Assembly (NCBI GenBank): GCA_965223925.1
Contig: OZ245028.1
Location: 2,914,022-2,978,021, forward strand
From: Longimicrobiales bacterium
GTDB taxonomy: Bacteria; Gemmatimonadota; Gemmatimonadetes; Longimicrobiales; Gaopeijiaceae
Direction: 5' to 3'
DNA: 64,000 nucleotides
The notes beneath the pieces were generated by a model. That model ran no database searches. It was given only the letters and a program-made list of their open reading frames with translations, and had not been told where the DNA came from. The translations under genes and the position numbers were made by a program. Below are positions 35,498 through 45,536 of this stretch, in pieces (the stretch's first letter is position 1; each line of letters starts with the position of its first letter).

Positions 35498-36700
35498 ATG
35501 CCAGGCCGAAGCCACTTCATTCTTGTACTGATGGCAGGGGTCGGGGCGTGCGGGGGCGACACCTCGAAGACCGGTGATGTCCCGGTCGAGATCCAGGACA
35601 GCGCGGGCGTGCGGATCGTCGCGTATGAGGGGACGCCAACCACCGCCGCCCCCTTCCGCTTCCCCGCAGAGCCACGCTACCGCCACGGCGCCACCCCCGG
35701 CGACTACACCTTCCGCGGAATCAACGTCGGCCGCCTCTTCCCGGACGGCAGCGCCGTCGTCTCGGACGAATGGAACAGCGAACTGGTCGTCTTGAGCACG
35801 GATGGCACGACGCACGAGGTGCTTGCCAGGCAGGGAGAGGGACCGGGCGAAGTCATGTACGTCTACGCCATGTTCGCGCTGGGGCAGGACAGCGTCCTGA
35901 TGGCTGACCCTCGCCTGGGCCGCGTCACTCTCTTCGCCGGCGGTTCGGTCGCGCGCATCGCCAACCTGCATCGGTCAACCGGCCTCGGTGGGGCCGGAAT
36001 CGGTTCATCCGGCGAGTTGCTGCTGGCCACCCGAGTACCTTCCGAGCGCCTGTCCGGTTTCGAACGGGAATGGCTCCCCGGGCACATGGCCCGGTTCGAC
36101 ATGGAGACCGGCGCCCTCGACACGGTCGCGTCGTACGACTACATGCCGCGTATCCCGCCGGGGCTGGAGTGGAACCCGATCGCGGCGGTTGGCGAGGTCA
36201 TGGTCGCCACCGGGCAGTTCGCCTACACCAGGTCCGACAGGCCCGAGGTCACCTGGAGTCTGCCGGACGGCACCGTAACACAGATCGTGCGCTGGCAGGC
36301 CGAGCCCGCCCAACTGACCGAGGAACTGCTGGAGCCCGTCGAGGCCGACGAACGAATGAGGAACCGCGTTGCCTACCCCGGCCTTCCCGATTCCCGGATC
36401 GAGGAGATCACCCAGGAGGACATGGCCGCCTATTACGCCAGCATCGGCCGGCCGATGCCGCTCTTCGGTTCCCCGTTCGCCGACGCCGAAGGAAGCGTAT
36501 GGCTGCCCTCCTACCAGCCGGGCGGCTCACAAGATGGGTTGCCCTACACCGTCATTTCCTCGGACGGGGAGTGGCTGGGCAAGGTTGAGGCTCCGCCCAG
36601 GTTCCGTATTCTCGATGTGACCGGAGGGCTCGTCCTCGGGGTGCTCAGGGACGAAATGGACGTGGAGAACGTCGTCGTGTACGGGTTGATGGGGGGGTAG
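35498..36700 (+). CDS. GEGPGE-motif beta-propeller lipoprotein paralogue (subtype A).
   Basis: ATG at 35498 after ggagggagag. Lipobox MAGVGAC. RQGEGPGEVMYV. Ends DEMDVENVVVYGLMGG*. Confidence 0.75.
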   Translation: MPGRSHFILVLMAGVGACGGDTSKTGDVPVEIQDSAGVRIVAYEGTPTTAAPFRFPAEPRYRHGATPGDYTFRGINVGRLFPDGSAVVSDEWNSELVVLSTDGTTHEVLARQGEGPGEVMYVYAMFALGQDSVLMADPRLGRVTLFAGGSVARIANLHRSTGLGGAGIGSSGELLLATRVPSERLSGFEREWLPGHMARFDMETGALDTVASYDYMPRIPPGLEWNPIAAVGEVMVATGQFAYTRSDRPEVTWSLPDGTVTQIVRWQAEPAQLTEELLEPVEADERMRNRVAYPGLPDSRIEEITQEDMAAYYASIGRPMPLFGSPFADAEGSVWLPSYQPGGSQDGLPYTVISSDGEWLGKVEAPPRFRILDVTGGLVLGVLRDEMDVENVVVYGLMGG

Positions 36701-36828
36701 GTTACCGCACACTCCAAGGGCGAGGGACGGCGCGCCGCACCTTTCTCCGTGTGGTAAACGCAGGCGACGCCAGGAGCGTCCAAGGGGTAGTCCCGTCTTC
36801 GTTTCACTCGACCCACGGTACCATCGTC

Positions 36829-38064
36829 ATGCCAACAACAGCCCCCTGGATCGAACACACGATCCGTCACCTCACTCTGGCCGCCACCCTCCCGGTCCTT
36901 CTCACGGCCTGCGGCTCCGGCTCCGACGGGGTCGGCGAATGGTCCGGCACGATGGACACCCTTCCTTCCGGCGAGATCGTCGTCCGAAACACCGACGATC
37001 CGCTCTGGACATCGGAGAATGCATGGCGGGTGGTCGAGGATCTGAGGATCGGGGAAGCAATGAGCGAGGGTCCCGATCTGTTCGGGGCCATCTTGTCCTT
37101 CGACGTTGATGCGTGGGGCCGGATCTTCGTCCTCGACAATCAGGCGCAGGAGGTCCGCATCTTCGACTCGGGAGGCGCCTTCGTCCGAACGGTCGGGAGG
37201 AGGGGCGAGGGACCGGGGGAGTTCACCCAGGCCGGTTCGGTCAACCTCTCCCGGAACGGAGAGATCTGGGTGATGGGAATGGGCCAGGGGCGCGTCTCGA
37301 TCTTCGACACAACCGGCACCTATCTGAGAGGGGAGCGGACCAACGCCGGCGGCATGATCTTAAGACCGTACCGTGGAGGATTCGATCCGATGGGTCGTTA
37401 CAACGTCGTGATCCGGTCCGCGGGCATGAGAGGGATGGCCCGCTTCGACCAGTCCTTCACCCCGATCGATACAATCTCCCTTCCCGAGAATCCGGAGGAA
37501 GGCGAGTCCTTCACCATGGTCGGCGATGACGGCAGGTCGAGGATGAGCGCGGCCGTACCCTTCCAGGGATTCATGGCCTGGCGCTTCTCGCCCACAGGCA
37601 CCGTGTGGACGCTCCTCACCGGTCGCTACGAACTCTCGGAGATGACGGCCGGCGGCGAGGTGCTGCGAACCGTTACGAAGGATCATGAACCGATCGCGGT
37701 GACGGACGAGGAACGGGAGGAGGCCATCGAGAACCTCGATTGGTTCACCAGCCAGGGGGGGCAGATCGATCGGTCGAAGTTTCCCAATACCAAGCCTGCC
37801 ACGGCTTCCTTCCTTATCGACGACGAGCGGAACCTGTGGGTCGAACGACAGGTCGCGTTCGCTGACGAGGACGATGAGGGCCGCCTCTTCGACCTCTTCG
37901 ATGCCGAGGGTCGCTATCTCGGTATGCTCCGCCTCCCCTTCTCGCTACGACGGTCGATTCCCGAGCCGATCGTGCGGAACGGCGTCCTTTACGGCGTCAC
38001 GAGCGATGAGATCGGGGTGCTGTACGTTGTGCGAGCTCGGATCGTCAAGCCCTCTGGTCGTTGA
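36829..38064 (+). CDS. GEGPGEF-motif beta-propeller lipoprotein paralogue (subtype B).
   Basis: Lipobox LLTAC. GRRGEGPGEFTQAGSV. Ends GVTSDEIGVLYVVRARIV... Confidence 0.75.
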   Translation: MPTTAPWIEHTIRHLTLAATLPVLLTACGSGSDGVGEWSGTMDTLPSGEIVVRNTDDPLWTSENAWRVVEDLRIGEAMSEGPDLFGAILSFDVDAWGRIFVLDNQAQEVRIFDSGGAFVRTVGRRGEGPGEFTQAGSVNLSRNGEIWVMGMGQGRVSIFDTTGTYLRGERTNAGGMILRPYRGGFDPMGRYNVVIRSAGMRGMARFDQSFTPIDTISLPENPEEGESFTMVGDDGRSRMSAAVPFQGFMAWRFSPTGTVWTLLTGRYELSEMTAGGEVLRTVTKDHEPIAVTDEEREEAIENLDWFTSQGGQIDRSKFPNTKPATASFLIDDERNLWVERQVAFADEDDEGRLFDLFDAEGRYLGMLRLPFSLRRSIPEPIVRNGVLYGVTSDEIGVLYVVRARIVKPSGR

Positions 38065-38106
38065 TGATGAGAAGAGTATCCGGGTCGGCGCACGATCTGA
38101 CACCCA

Positions 38107-38218
38107 GATGAAGCGGAAGGCGACGGCGGCGCTCGCGGCGATGGGGCTGAAGGCCTCGGAAGCCATGCGGCTGCTGTTCCATCCATTGCCGTCGATCAGG
38201 CGTTCCCGCTCGAACTGA
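38107..38218 (+). pseudogene. DinJ/RelB antitoxin fragment (frameshifted copy of 57943..).
   Basis: atgaagcggaaggcgacggcggcgctcgcggcgatggggctgaaggcctcgga... is about 90 % identical to 57943-58050. It loses frame after LLFH. Confidence 0.6.
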
Positions 38219-38523
38219 AGGGTGGAACATGACCCGGTCAACAGACAAGGCGCGCCTGCGCGCATTCGTGAACGTCTCGATCCTGGTGACGCTGGTTGCA
38301 GCGTTGGGCAGCACCGGTGCGCGCTCGGCGGAAGCGCAACAGGACACGGCTCTTCGCATTGTCGATTTGTCCGATCCGTTGTTCGACTCTTCGGATCGAC
38401 AACGAATTGGGAGTGGATCACGCATTGGTTGGGCGGATGACGTTGCGGTAGGGGCGTGTGCGGGCGCCCACCGATGCTCGCGCGCCGGGTGGCCGATGCT
38501 TCGCCCCTATTGTACGTTGCGAA

Positions 38524-39559
38524 GATGGGGACCAACCGCTACGCGATCGTCACGACCCTGCTCACGCTGCTGGGCCTCGTGGGCCTGCTTTCCCTGCGTT
38601 TCGTCGGCTTTTACAACCACCAGGCGTTGGCGGTCGTGCTGTTACTCGGGTGCGGTTGGGCGGTCGTGAGCCGCATTTGGCTAGTGCGGAAGGGGCGTCT
38701 GTATCCACGGCCGTTTCGCGGATTCCGTGGGCGCGACAGTCGGCCTCAACTGCTTGAGGCGGTGGGGCGTGCGAGCTTCTGGGTGGCGGCCTCGGCCGCG
38801 TGCCTGGCGGTGTTTCCGCGGTCGGCGGAGTTGACGCCCCTGATCCTCACGCTGGCCGGGATCTGCGTAGTCCGAATAGCGGCCTCGTTCCTCACCTCGC
38901 AACGGACCAACACCGGTCCCACCCTCGTCATGGTGGCAGGAGCGTTGGTGCTGGCATTCGATCTCGGTCGCGCCTTCATCGGAGGCCCCGCCGCCATCGC
39001 GCAGATTGCCCCGCCGTTCGAGGGGGAGTGGCTCGTGCTGCAGGGAGGTCGTAGTCCGCTTCAGAACCACCATCTCGTCGCATACAACCAGCGGTTCGCC
39101 CTCGATCTCGTCCGGCTGGACAACGGGCACATCTTCACCGACACCGACGACACCGGCAACGCGGGTGTCCATAGCTGGGAACAGCCGCTCCTGTCGCCCG
39201 CGGACGGCAAGATAGTGGTCGCGCGCGACGAGATGGAGGATGCCGACGGCGCCAACTTGGTGACCGATGCCGCGGACGCCGCGGGAAACGTCATCGTCAT
39301 CGAGCTCGACACCGGTCTGTTCGTCGTCCTGGCGCACCTCCGGCACGGGACGTTCCGGGTCAGCGAAGGCGACCGGGTTCGGAAGGGCGATCCGCTGGCC
39401 CTGGTCGGAAACTCGGGGAACACGACCATGCCGCACCTTCATCTCCAGGTGCAGACCCACGTCGACCTCTGGAATCCCGACAACCGCTCGGTACCTTTTG
39501 CATTCGAGCCCGCCGGCCGCGTCATGGCGCGCAATGATCGGGCTGGCGGCCGTCCATGA
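38524..39559 (+). CDS. Membrane-anchored M23 (LytM-type) metallopeptidase.
   Basis: About 5 N-terminal TM helices. C-terminal VIVIELDTGLFVVLAHLRHGTFRVSEGDRVRKGDPLALVGNSGNTTMPHLHLQVQ (HxH motif). Confidence 0.75.
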
Positions 39560-39572
39560 ACGGTCGCTCACG

Positions 39573-39890
39573 TCATATCTGAACTTCCCTGTAGTCGCCG
39601 GGAGCGGTCTCGTTGATCAGGGTCCTTATCTCAGTTGCCCGCAGGCGGATCCTGGGCCACGCCGTGGACATGAGCACCATTACCGCCAACTCCCTGTTCG
39701 CCAGATCTTGCTGATACCGGAGGCTCTGATCTGTCGTGATGAGAAGTTCGTAGCCATCCTCTTCCGCCCTATCGAGCAGAGCGCTATTGCGGAGCTCCGA
39801 CCATCCCCGTTCGAAGGCCGTATCCACACGGTGCTCGGGAAGGTGACGCCGAAGAGGTACCGGAGTTCCCTGATCGAACAGGATCCTCAC
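39573..39890 (-). CDS. PIN-like (DUF5615/Mut7-C-type) putative toxin.
   Basis: VRILFDQGTPVPLRRHL...ALLDRAEEDGYELLITTDQSL. Its GTG start overlaps the stop of the upstream DUF433 gene (GTGA). Confidence 0.6.
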   Translation of the reverse strand: MRILFDQGTPVPLRRHLPEHRVDTAFERGWSELRNSALLDRAEEDGYELLITTDQSLRYQQDLANRELAVMVLMSTAWPRIRLRATEIRTLINETAPGDYREVQI

Positions 39891-40114
39891 GAAGCGACTG
39901 TTTCCGCCAAGTAGCGAAGCTCGTGGTCGAGAACGGACTCGACCTTCCATCGCTCGACGCCCTGAAACCACTCCAGAAATTGCTCAATCGACGCACCTGC
40001 CTTGAGATTCTCGAACAAGGCGGAGACAGGCACTCGTGTACCCTTGAATACCCACGCGCCGCTGACCCTGAGCGGATGGCGCTCGACCGCCGGGCAGGTT
40101 TCCCAGTTCGCCAT
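39887..40114 (-). CDS. DUF433-family putative antitoxin.
   Basis: GAWVFKGTRVPVSALFENLKAGASIEQFLEWF matches the DUF433 pattern G.p.i.GTRipv..i...l..G.s.e. Confidence 0.7.
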   Translation of the reverse strand: MANWETCPAVERHPLRVSGAWVFKGTRVPVSALFENLKAGASIEQFLEWFQGVERWKVESVLDHELRYLAETVAS

Positions 40115-40286
40115 CGTTGTCCCCTCGTTTTCCGACTTGGCGCGCTTCGCCTCGTCTGTCGCACTGTCACGCCTCGTAAGTTAACGTGTGGCCTCAATGA
40201 TCGGCCCACAACCAAGGATTGCGACATCGGAGTCCGACGATATGACAGTCCGTGAGTCTCCAACGTCCCTTCAGGAGGCATTCCTC

Positions 40287-40622
40287 GTGAATCAGCAGGT
40301 ATTGAGCACCCGACGCCTCCCTCCCCCCCTCCTGGCTCTGCTCGCCCTGTCCGCCTGTGGCCCGGACATCAATCTGGAGGCAGGCGAGACGCTCCACCCC
40401 ACACCCGAAAACGCGCCCCCGGCGGACGCGGCACTCATCACCACCGACAACGAGCCCATGGGACTGTCGGCGGATGCGCTCGACCAGTGGCGCGCGACGG
40501 GGCAAGGGGCGCTCATCTCGGAGGACTTCCCACTCATCATGAGGATGACTCCCGAACACTTCGTCGCAGGCTGGAATGATCCGTATCCCCGGATCGAGGT
40601 CCACGAATTGGACGGTAGCTGA
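40287..40622 (+). CDS. Small hypothetical lipoprotein.
   Basis: AGGAGG at 40273-40278, 8 nt before the GTG at 40287. Lipobox LLALSAC. Confidence 0.45.
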   Translation: MNQQVLSTRRLPPPLLALLALSACGPDINLEAGETLHPTPENAPPADAALITTDNEPMGLSADALDQWRATGQGALISEDFPLIMRMTPEHFVAGWNDPYPRIEVHELDGS

Positions 40623-40692
40623 GCCAACCCTGACGTTACGTTACGTGAGGGTGTCGCAAGTAGTAGCCGTTCAACACCACGCGGGAGATGTC

Positions 40693-41919
40693 ATGAGGCA
40701 AGCAACGGCGGCTGTCGCACGGTGGTCATTCACGCTGGCCCTGGCAGCGGGCGCCGTCCCGCTTGCGGCCCAGGAGGTCATCGAGTTGCCCCGGGAGGAC
40801 CGCTATCTCGATGCGGACTTCGAGGAGGTGTACCGTGTGGGGGCGTTGGCGGGTGAAGATTGGGAGACCTTCGGCAATGTGTTCGGTGTAGTTTTCGACC
40901 GTTCCGGCAACTTGTACGTGGTCGACAGCGGGGCCGCACGGATCGTGATGGTGAACACGGAGGGAGGCTTCGTCCGGCAACTCGGGGGAGCCGGCGAGGG
41001 ACCCGGAGAATTCAGTCAACACAACACCTCTTCGATCCAGATCGCGGTGTTGTCTGACGGGCGGACCGTGGCCTTCGACCAAAGATTCAGTGTGTTCGGC
41101 CCGGACGGCGAGTTCGAGCGTACGGTACGCATGGGGGGCAACGACGCGCTCATCTTCATGCCGCGTCTGGATGTGGATCGGCGGGGAGAGGGCGTCCTTG
41201 CGACCGGAGCCCTCCGAATGATCGACCTTGCAATGCTGCGCGGCCGGGCCGACGGCACCCCTGCCGAACCGGAGTTTCGCCATATCGTCCGCCTGGATCT
41301 GACCGGCGACGAAGCCACCCCGGACACGGTTGTGTACGCCTGGAATCCGCCCGGAGAGGCGACCGGCTTCATACCTCCGCTGGTTGCCGGCGCACTTCCG
41401 GACGGTGGCGTGGCCTACACCGATTCGTCCGCCTATGCGATCAAGGTGACCAGCGCCGATGGGACGCTCGATCGGATCATCACAAGGCCGTTTCGGCCCG
41501 AACCTGTAACGGACCGCATCCGCCAAGAGGAGAGGGAGCGCCGCCTGAAAGGACTGGAGGGCGACCCGCTGGGAGCGGGCAGGACGGGTGGGGAGAGGGG
41601 TGCCATGATGAGCGGGATGGCCGACGCGATGCGCCGGAACGCCGAGTCGATGGAGTTCCACCCCGTGATACCGGTCGTGCGCAGCCTGCGCACGAGTTGG
41701 GACGGGAATATCTGGGTCCAGCGCCGCGGCGAAGAGCCGGTCAGCGACGGCCCCATCGACGTGCTCGCCCCGGACGGGCGCTACCTGGGCACCTTCGCGG
41801 CGGATGCAACGGCGATGCCGAGCGCTTTCGGCCCGGACGGTCTGGTCGCGTTCGTGGAGAAGGACGAGCTGGATGTGCAGACGGTGGTGGTGAAGCGGGT
41901 GGTTGAGGCCCCTAGATGA
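40693..41919 (+). CDS. GEGPGEF-motif beta-propeller paralogue (subtype B), secreted.
   Basis: Signal peptide ...[22 protein letters not shown]. Ends [21 protein letters not shown]. Confidence 0.75.
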   Translation: MRQATAAVARWSFTLALAAGAVPLAAQEVIELPREDRYLDADFEEVYRVGALAGEDWETFGNVFGVVFDRSGNLYVVDSGAARIVMVNTEGGFVRQLGGAGEGPGEFSQHNTSSIQIAVLSDGRTVAFDQRFSVFGPDGEFERTVRMGGNDALIFMPRLDVDRRGEGVLATGALRMIDLAMLRGRADGTPAEPEFRHIVRLDLTGDEATPDTVVYAWNPPGEATGFIPPLVAGALPDGGVAYTDSSAYAIKVTSADGTLDRIITRPFRPEPVTDRIRQEERERRLKGLEGDPLGAGRTGGERGAMMSGMADAMRRNAESMEFHPVIPVVRSLRTSWDGNIWVQRRGEEPVSDGPIDVLAPDGRYLGTFAADATAMPSAFGPDGLVAFVEKDELDVQTVVVKRVVEAPR

Positions 41920-43087
41920 AGCTCTGGATTCACGCCGCACCGTGTCAGCCCTGGCCCTGGCTGCCACACACCATCCGGCTCGCGCGCAGTCGACCCAGCC
42001 GAGACCGGCCGCCGAGGTGCGCCTTTCGGCCGAACCGGTTCTCTCCATCGGGAGGCTCGACGGGCCGGACGAGTACCTCTTCGCCGCGATCAACGCCGGT
42101 GCCCGGCTGGCAGACGGCAGCGTGGTCGTGTCCGATCGGCAGCAGTACCGGATCCAGCGATTCAGCGCAGATGGGGAGCACCTGTGGAGCCGCGGCCGCG
42201 AGGGCGAGGGCCCGGACGAGTTCAGATATGTCCGGATCGCGGAGGGGTGCGCGAGCGAGGAATCGATCGTCGTGTACGACACCTGGACCGACCGGGTCTA
42301 CGTGTACGACGGGGAAGGGAATCTCGTGAACGAGTACCGCTTCCTGTACAACGAGTTGCCGCTGCGCGATTTCGGGTGTGCCCCCGGCGGACGCGTGGCC
42401 TTCATGGGATCCAGTGTCAGGAGCGGCGAGGAGGGCGTCGAGCCCGGCGATCTCTTCCGGCAACTCGTGTCGCTCGGCTCCGCGGAATTGGGCGACACGG
42501 CCACGACGACGCTGCGTGAGAGGATCCCGCACTCGGAACAAAGGCTTCTCGGTCCAGGCAACGCGATGCCTGGAAGCACCTGGCCACACGACGTGGTGTT
42601 TGCCGCGACCAACGAAGGAGTGTGGCTCGGAACCAGTGAGGACTACGAGGTCGAGTTGATCGACTGGACGGGAGCGACGATTCGGCGAATCCGCTGGGAG
42701 GGGCCGGATCTGGCCGTGACCCGGCAGGACGTCGACCGATACCGGGACGCCCTCGAGGAACGCTACCGCGACGACGACGATCCCAACTGGCGTGCGCGCT
42801 TCGAGAGCACCTGGGATTGGGAGAGCGAGATCGTGCCCGACGTGTTCCCCTCGTACCAAAGGCTTCTGGTGGGGGACGACGGCGTGCTGTGGGTGCAGGA
42901 CTACATCCGTCCCGGGGAGCGGAGCGAGTGGTTCGCCTTCGACCCGGACGGCCGATGGGTCCGCTCCCTGGTGCTGCCCCGTCGCACCCGCCTGCTGGAC
43001 ATCGGCCCCGACTGGGCGCTCGTGCGAACGGTTGACGACCTGGATGTTCAGCGGGTCCAGGTGCGGGGATTGGTGGAGGGGGGGTAG
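41903..43087 (+). CDS. GEGPDEF-motif beta-propeller paralogue (subtype C).
   Basis: The TTG start at 41903 overlaps the previous gene by 17 nt (start uncertain). [13 protein letters not shown]. Ends [18 protein letters not shown]. Confidence 0.7.
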   Translation: MRPLDEALDSRRTVSALALAATHHPARAQSTQPRPAAEVRLSAEPVLSIGRLDGPDEYLFAAINAGARLADGSVVVSDRQQYRIQRFSADGEHLWSRGREGEGPDEFRYVRIAEGCASEESIVVYDTWTDRVYVYDGEGNLVNEYRFLYNELPLRDFGCAPGGRVAFMGSSVRSGEEGVEPGDLFRQLVSLGSAELGDTATTTLRERIPHSEQRLLGPGNAMPGSTWPHDVVFAATNEGVWLGTSEDYEVELIDWTGATIRRIRWEGPDLAVTRQDVDRYRDALEERYRDDDDPNWRARFESTWDWESEIVPDVFPSYQRLLVGDDGVLWVQDYIRPGERSEWFAFDPDGRWVRSLVLPRRTRLLDIGPDWALVRTVDDLDVQRVQVRGLVEGG

Positions 43088-43123
43088 GGGCCTGCGGCGA
43101 CCGATACCAGCGCTGAATCCGGT

Positions 43124-43157
43124 TTGTCCGCCACTTTCGCCCTAAAGTGGCGGACAA
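43124..43157. repeat. Palindromic repeat, copy A (TTGTCCGCCACTTT-N6-AAAGTGGCGGACAA).
   Basis: 14-bp perfect stem between the convergent genes 41903..43087 (+) and 43192..43587 (-). Confidence 0.75.
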
Positions 43158-43191
43158 TCTCAAAGGCGGTCGACGGGCGCGGTTGCGATCG

Positions 43192-43587
43192 TCACGGTTG
43201 ACGCTTCTCCTCCATGATCTGGATCAAGTTGCCGCACGAATCGTCGAAGACTGCGGTAATAACGCTCCCGAGGTCTGTTGGCGGCTGCACGAATCGCACA
43301 CCTCTTGCCACGAGACGCTCGTGCTCGGCTCCGACATCGTCGACCGCGAAGGAGGCACTGGGGATCCCGTCCTCCACAAGCGCCTTCCTGAACGGACGGA
43401 CTGCGGGGTGGCCATCAGGCTCCAGCAGCAGCTCCGTCCCCTCTGGAGCTTCCTCGGATACGACGGTGATCCAGGCGTGATCTCCCAGAGGGATGTTGTG
43501 CTTTACACGGAAACCAAGGGTTTCTGTGTAGAAACGAAGTGCCTTCTGTTGGTCGTCTACGAAGACACTGGTTAGGTGAATCCTCAT
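43192..43587 (-). CDS. VOC-family (glyoxalase/bleomycin-resistance fold) protein.
   Basis: LTSVFVDDQQKALRFYTETLGFRV... and FVQPPTDLGSVITAVFDDSCGNLIQI. Confidence 0.8.
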   Translation of the reverse strand: MRIHLTSVFVDDQQKALRFYTETLGFRVKHNIPLGDHAWITVVSEEAPEGTELLLEPDGHPAVRPFRKALVEDGIPSASFAVDDVGAEHERLVARGVRFVQPPTDLGSVITAVFDDSCGNLIQIMEEKRQP

Positions 43588-43589
43588 TT

Positions 43590-43925
43590 CTAAATGCCCT
43601 CCTCTGTCTGGTTTGAAATGCTCTTATCTGTCGAGATCGGCCACCGCTCCCCGACAGCCTTCAGCGGGGCGCCCACGAACCAGTGGAGCTTCGACCTCCC
43701 CTCGCGCCTCGTGCGAATCAGCCCGGCGGCTTCCAGGACGTCCAGGTGTTGCGAGATCGCCTGCCGCGAGGAGTTGATGCCATGCTTCATGGTCAGACGT
43801 GAGCAGAGTTCGAAGAGCGATTGACCTGACCGATCGACGAGCTCATCCAGGATGGCTCGCCTGGTTCGGTCAGCGATCGCGCGGTAAATGTCCACATGTA
43901 GTCTAAAGCAAGTGTTCGCTTGCAT
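43590..43925 (-). CDS. ArsR/SmtB-family transcriptional regulator.
   Basis: IYRAIADRTRRAILDELVDRSGQSLFELCSRL.......SRQAISQHLDVLEAAGLI. Confidence 0.8.
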   Translation of the reverse strand: MQANTCFRLHVDIYRAIADRTRRAILDELVDRSGQSLFELCSRLTMKHGINSSRQAISQHLDVLEAAGLIRTRREGRSKLHWFVGAPLKAVGERWPISTDKSISNQTEEGI

Positions 43926-43949
43926 GTCATGGCTTCATGATATGCAAGC
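43918..43949. promoter_or_regulatory. Inverted repeat GCTTGCAT-N16-ATGCAAGC in the divergent ArsR / 43960 promoter region.
   Basis: Arms at 43918-43925 and 43942-43949. The left arm contains the ArsR ATG. TGCATGTCA is reiterated nearby. Confidence 0.35.
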
Positions 43950-43959
43950 ATGGGCCTGC

Positions 43960-44610
43960 ATGTCAAAGATGACCGTCGCACTTGCCGTGCTGTTCGTCAG
44001 GAGCGGGACGCCTGCGGACGGTGTACTCAGAGCACGCGGGCTGATCATCGAAGACGAGGCCGGGCGCGAGAGAATCCTAATCGGCGCCCCGGTCCCCGAG
44101 GCCGCCAACCGTGTTCGTACCGATGAAGCCCGAGTGCAGGAGGTCTGGGCATCCCGGTACACGGACGCCGACGGCTACATGGGCTACTACCAAGGCTATA
44201 GCCACGAAACCAACGGGCTGCTGATCCTCAGCGAGGACGGGTTTGATCGCCTCGTCCTCGGGGATCCGGTGCCCGATCCGAACATCGGCAGGCGCATCGC
44301 CCCGAGCACGGGCATGGTGATCAACGACCTCGAAGGATTCGAGCGGATGGGGTACGGCTTCAAGGTTGTGAACGGTCTCGGTCGAGTCGGTTTGGGTCTC
44401 GACACGGATCGTATCCAGGAGGGTCTGCTTTTGACCCTGGACGACGACGGGCTGCTCGGCGTCACAGTGGGTACCGGGGCGAACGGGATCTTCCTTGGCA
44501 GCGCGCCCGCCGGTCACGAGTGGACCGGCCTTGCGGAGGCGTTTCAGGGGCTACTGGTCAGGCGAGACGGCGAGATCGTCCACCAGGTGAATGCCGCAAG
44601 GGACAGGTGA
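43960..44610 (+). CDS. Hypothetical protein with an N-terminal hydrophobic segment. No family recognised.
   Basis: MSKMTVALAVLFV... ORF with coding-like composition. A deleted remnant copy lies at 50014-50165. Confidence 0.5.
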   Translation: MSKMTVALAVLFVRSGTPADGVLRARGLIIEDEAGRERILIGAPVPEAANRVRTDEARVQEVWASRYTDADGYMGYYQGYSHETNGLLILSEDGFDRLVLGDPVPDPNIGRRIAPSTGMVINDLEGFERMGYGFKVVNGLGRVGLGLDTDRIQEGLLLTLDDDGLLGVTVGTGANGIFLGSAPAGHEWTGLAEAFQGLLVRRDGEIVHQVNAARDR

Positions 44611-44726
44611 AGCCACCAGCTTGAGCGTGCGTAGGGCCCGCTTGCGATCGGTCGAGTCCAGTAGATCAGGTCTTCAAGAAACGCAGGATCGAACACTGCC
44701 CCCGACCGAGACAATTTGTCCGCCAT
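44595..44726 (-). pseudogene. YoeB-like toxin, N-terminal fragment with a frameshift.
   Basis: MADKLSRSGAVFDPAFLEDLIYW, then with an indel DRKRALRTLKLV. The nucleotide stretch cagcttgagcgtgcgtagggcccgcttgcgatcggtc parallels 22070-22105. Confidence 0.45.
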
Positions 44727-44749
44727 TTCGGGGGCAAAGTGGCGGACAA
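44715..44749. repeat. Palindromic repeat, copy B.
   Basis: tttgtccgccatttcgggggcaaagtggcggacaa. One stem mismatch. Confidence 0.75.
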
Positions 44750-44781
44750 TGGGACGTTTCAGCTGAAACCCGGGATCGGTT

Positions 44782-45190
44782 TCACCGAATCTCGATCGGA
44801 AGTCGCCAGACGGTGATGACCGGAACCTCGGCGAAGAAGCGCTTGTTCTCGATTGCCGCCGTCCGGGAGTCCGCGACAGCCTCGATAAACGCGTCGGCAT
44901 CGGGTGACGGCGTCCCACTGCTTCTGACCGTAATCGCCTCCACCCGGCGTCGTTTCAGTCTCCGGGTTCTCGTCGGCTTCCCGGTCCTCGGCCGGGGCCA
45001 CCGGCAGATCCTGGTAGGCAACCAGCTTCTCCAGGAACTCAAGCGGCGTCCCACTTGACTGAAGAGAACTGCGCGGAAACCGAATCGTTTGTATGGAGTT
45101 CAGGCGGTCGATCCATTTCTGTGCCAGATCCTGGGGTGTCAACTCCAGTTCGGCGTCCGGATTGTCGGTCGGCGGCTCTGCAACGTCCGT
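44782..45190 (-). pseudogene. Frameshifted, 5'-truncated hypothetical gene.
   Basis: Protein-like sequence is split over two frames: ...LEFLEKLVAYQDLPVAP...GGGDYGQKQWDAV, then PDADAFIEAVADSRTAAIENKRFFAEVPVITVWRLPIEIR*. Confidence 0.3.
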
Positions 45191-45191
45191 G

Positions 45192-45483
45192 ATCTGGGTC
45201 CAGCGCTGCGGCGAAGAACCGGTCAGCGCCGGCCCCATCGACGTGCTCACCCCGGACGGGCGCTACCTGGGCACCTTCGCGGCGGATGCAACGGCGATGC
45301 CGAGCGCTTTCGGTCCGCACGCGCTTCGAGAGCGCCTGGGATTGGGAAAGCGAGATCGTGCCCGACGTGTTCCCCCCCGCACCCGCCTGCTGGACATCGG
45401 ACCCGACTGGGCGCTCGTGAGAACAGTTGACGACCTGGACGTTCAGCGGGTCCAGGTGCGGGGTTTGGTGGAGGGGGGGGTAG
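45192..45483 (+). pseudogene. Three-segment mosaic remnant of the tandem paralogue pair 40693..43087.
   Basis: 45192-45316 is ~95 % identical to 41710-41834. 45318-45373 matches 42795-42850. 45375-45483 matches 42978-43086, including the stop. Confidence 0.8.
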
Positions 45484-45536
45484 GGTTACCCTGAACAGGG
45501 ACCACCCCACCAGCGACACGAAGGAGGCAAAGCGAC

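Noticed and set aside
38229-38669. A 146-aa ORF with a signal-peptide-like start (ILVTLVAALGSTGARSAEAQ).
   Set aside because: Only the first ~60 codons look protein-like. The rest overlaps the better-supported M23 peptidase gene in another frame. It may be another N-terminal gene stub, but this is not supportable.
40726-42859. Minus-strand ORFs 40726..42282 (518 aa) and 41945..42859 (304 aa).
   Set aside because: They are antisense to two propeller paralogues and show no motifs.
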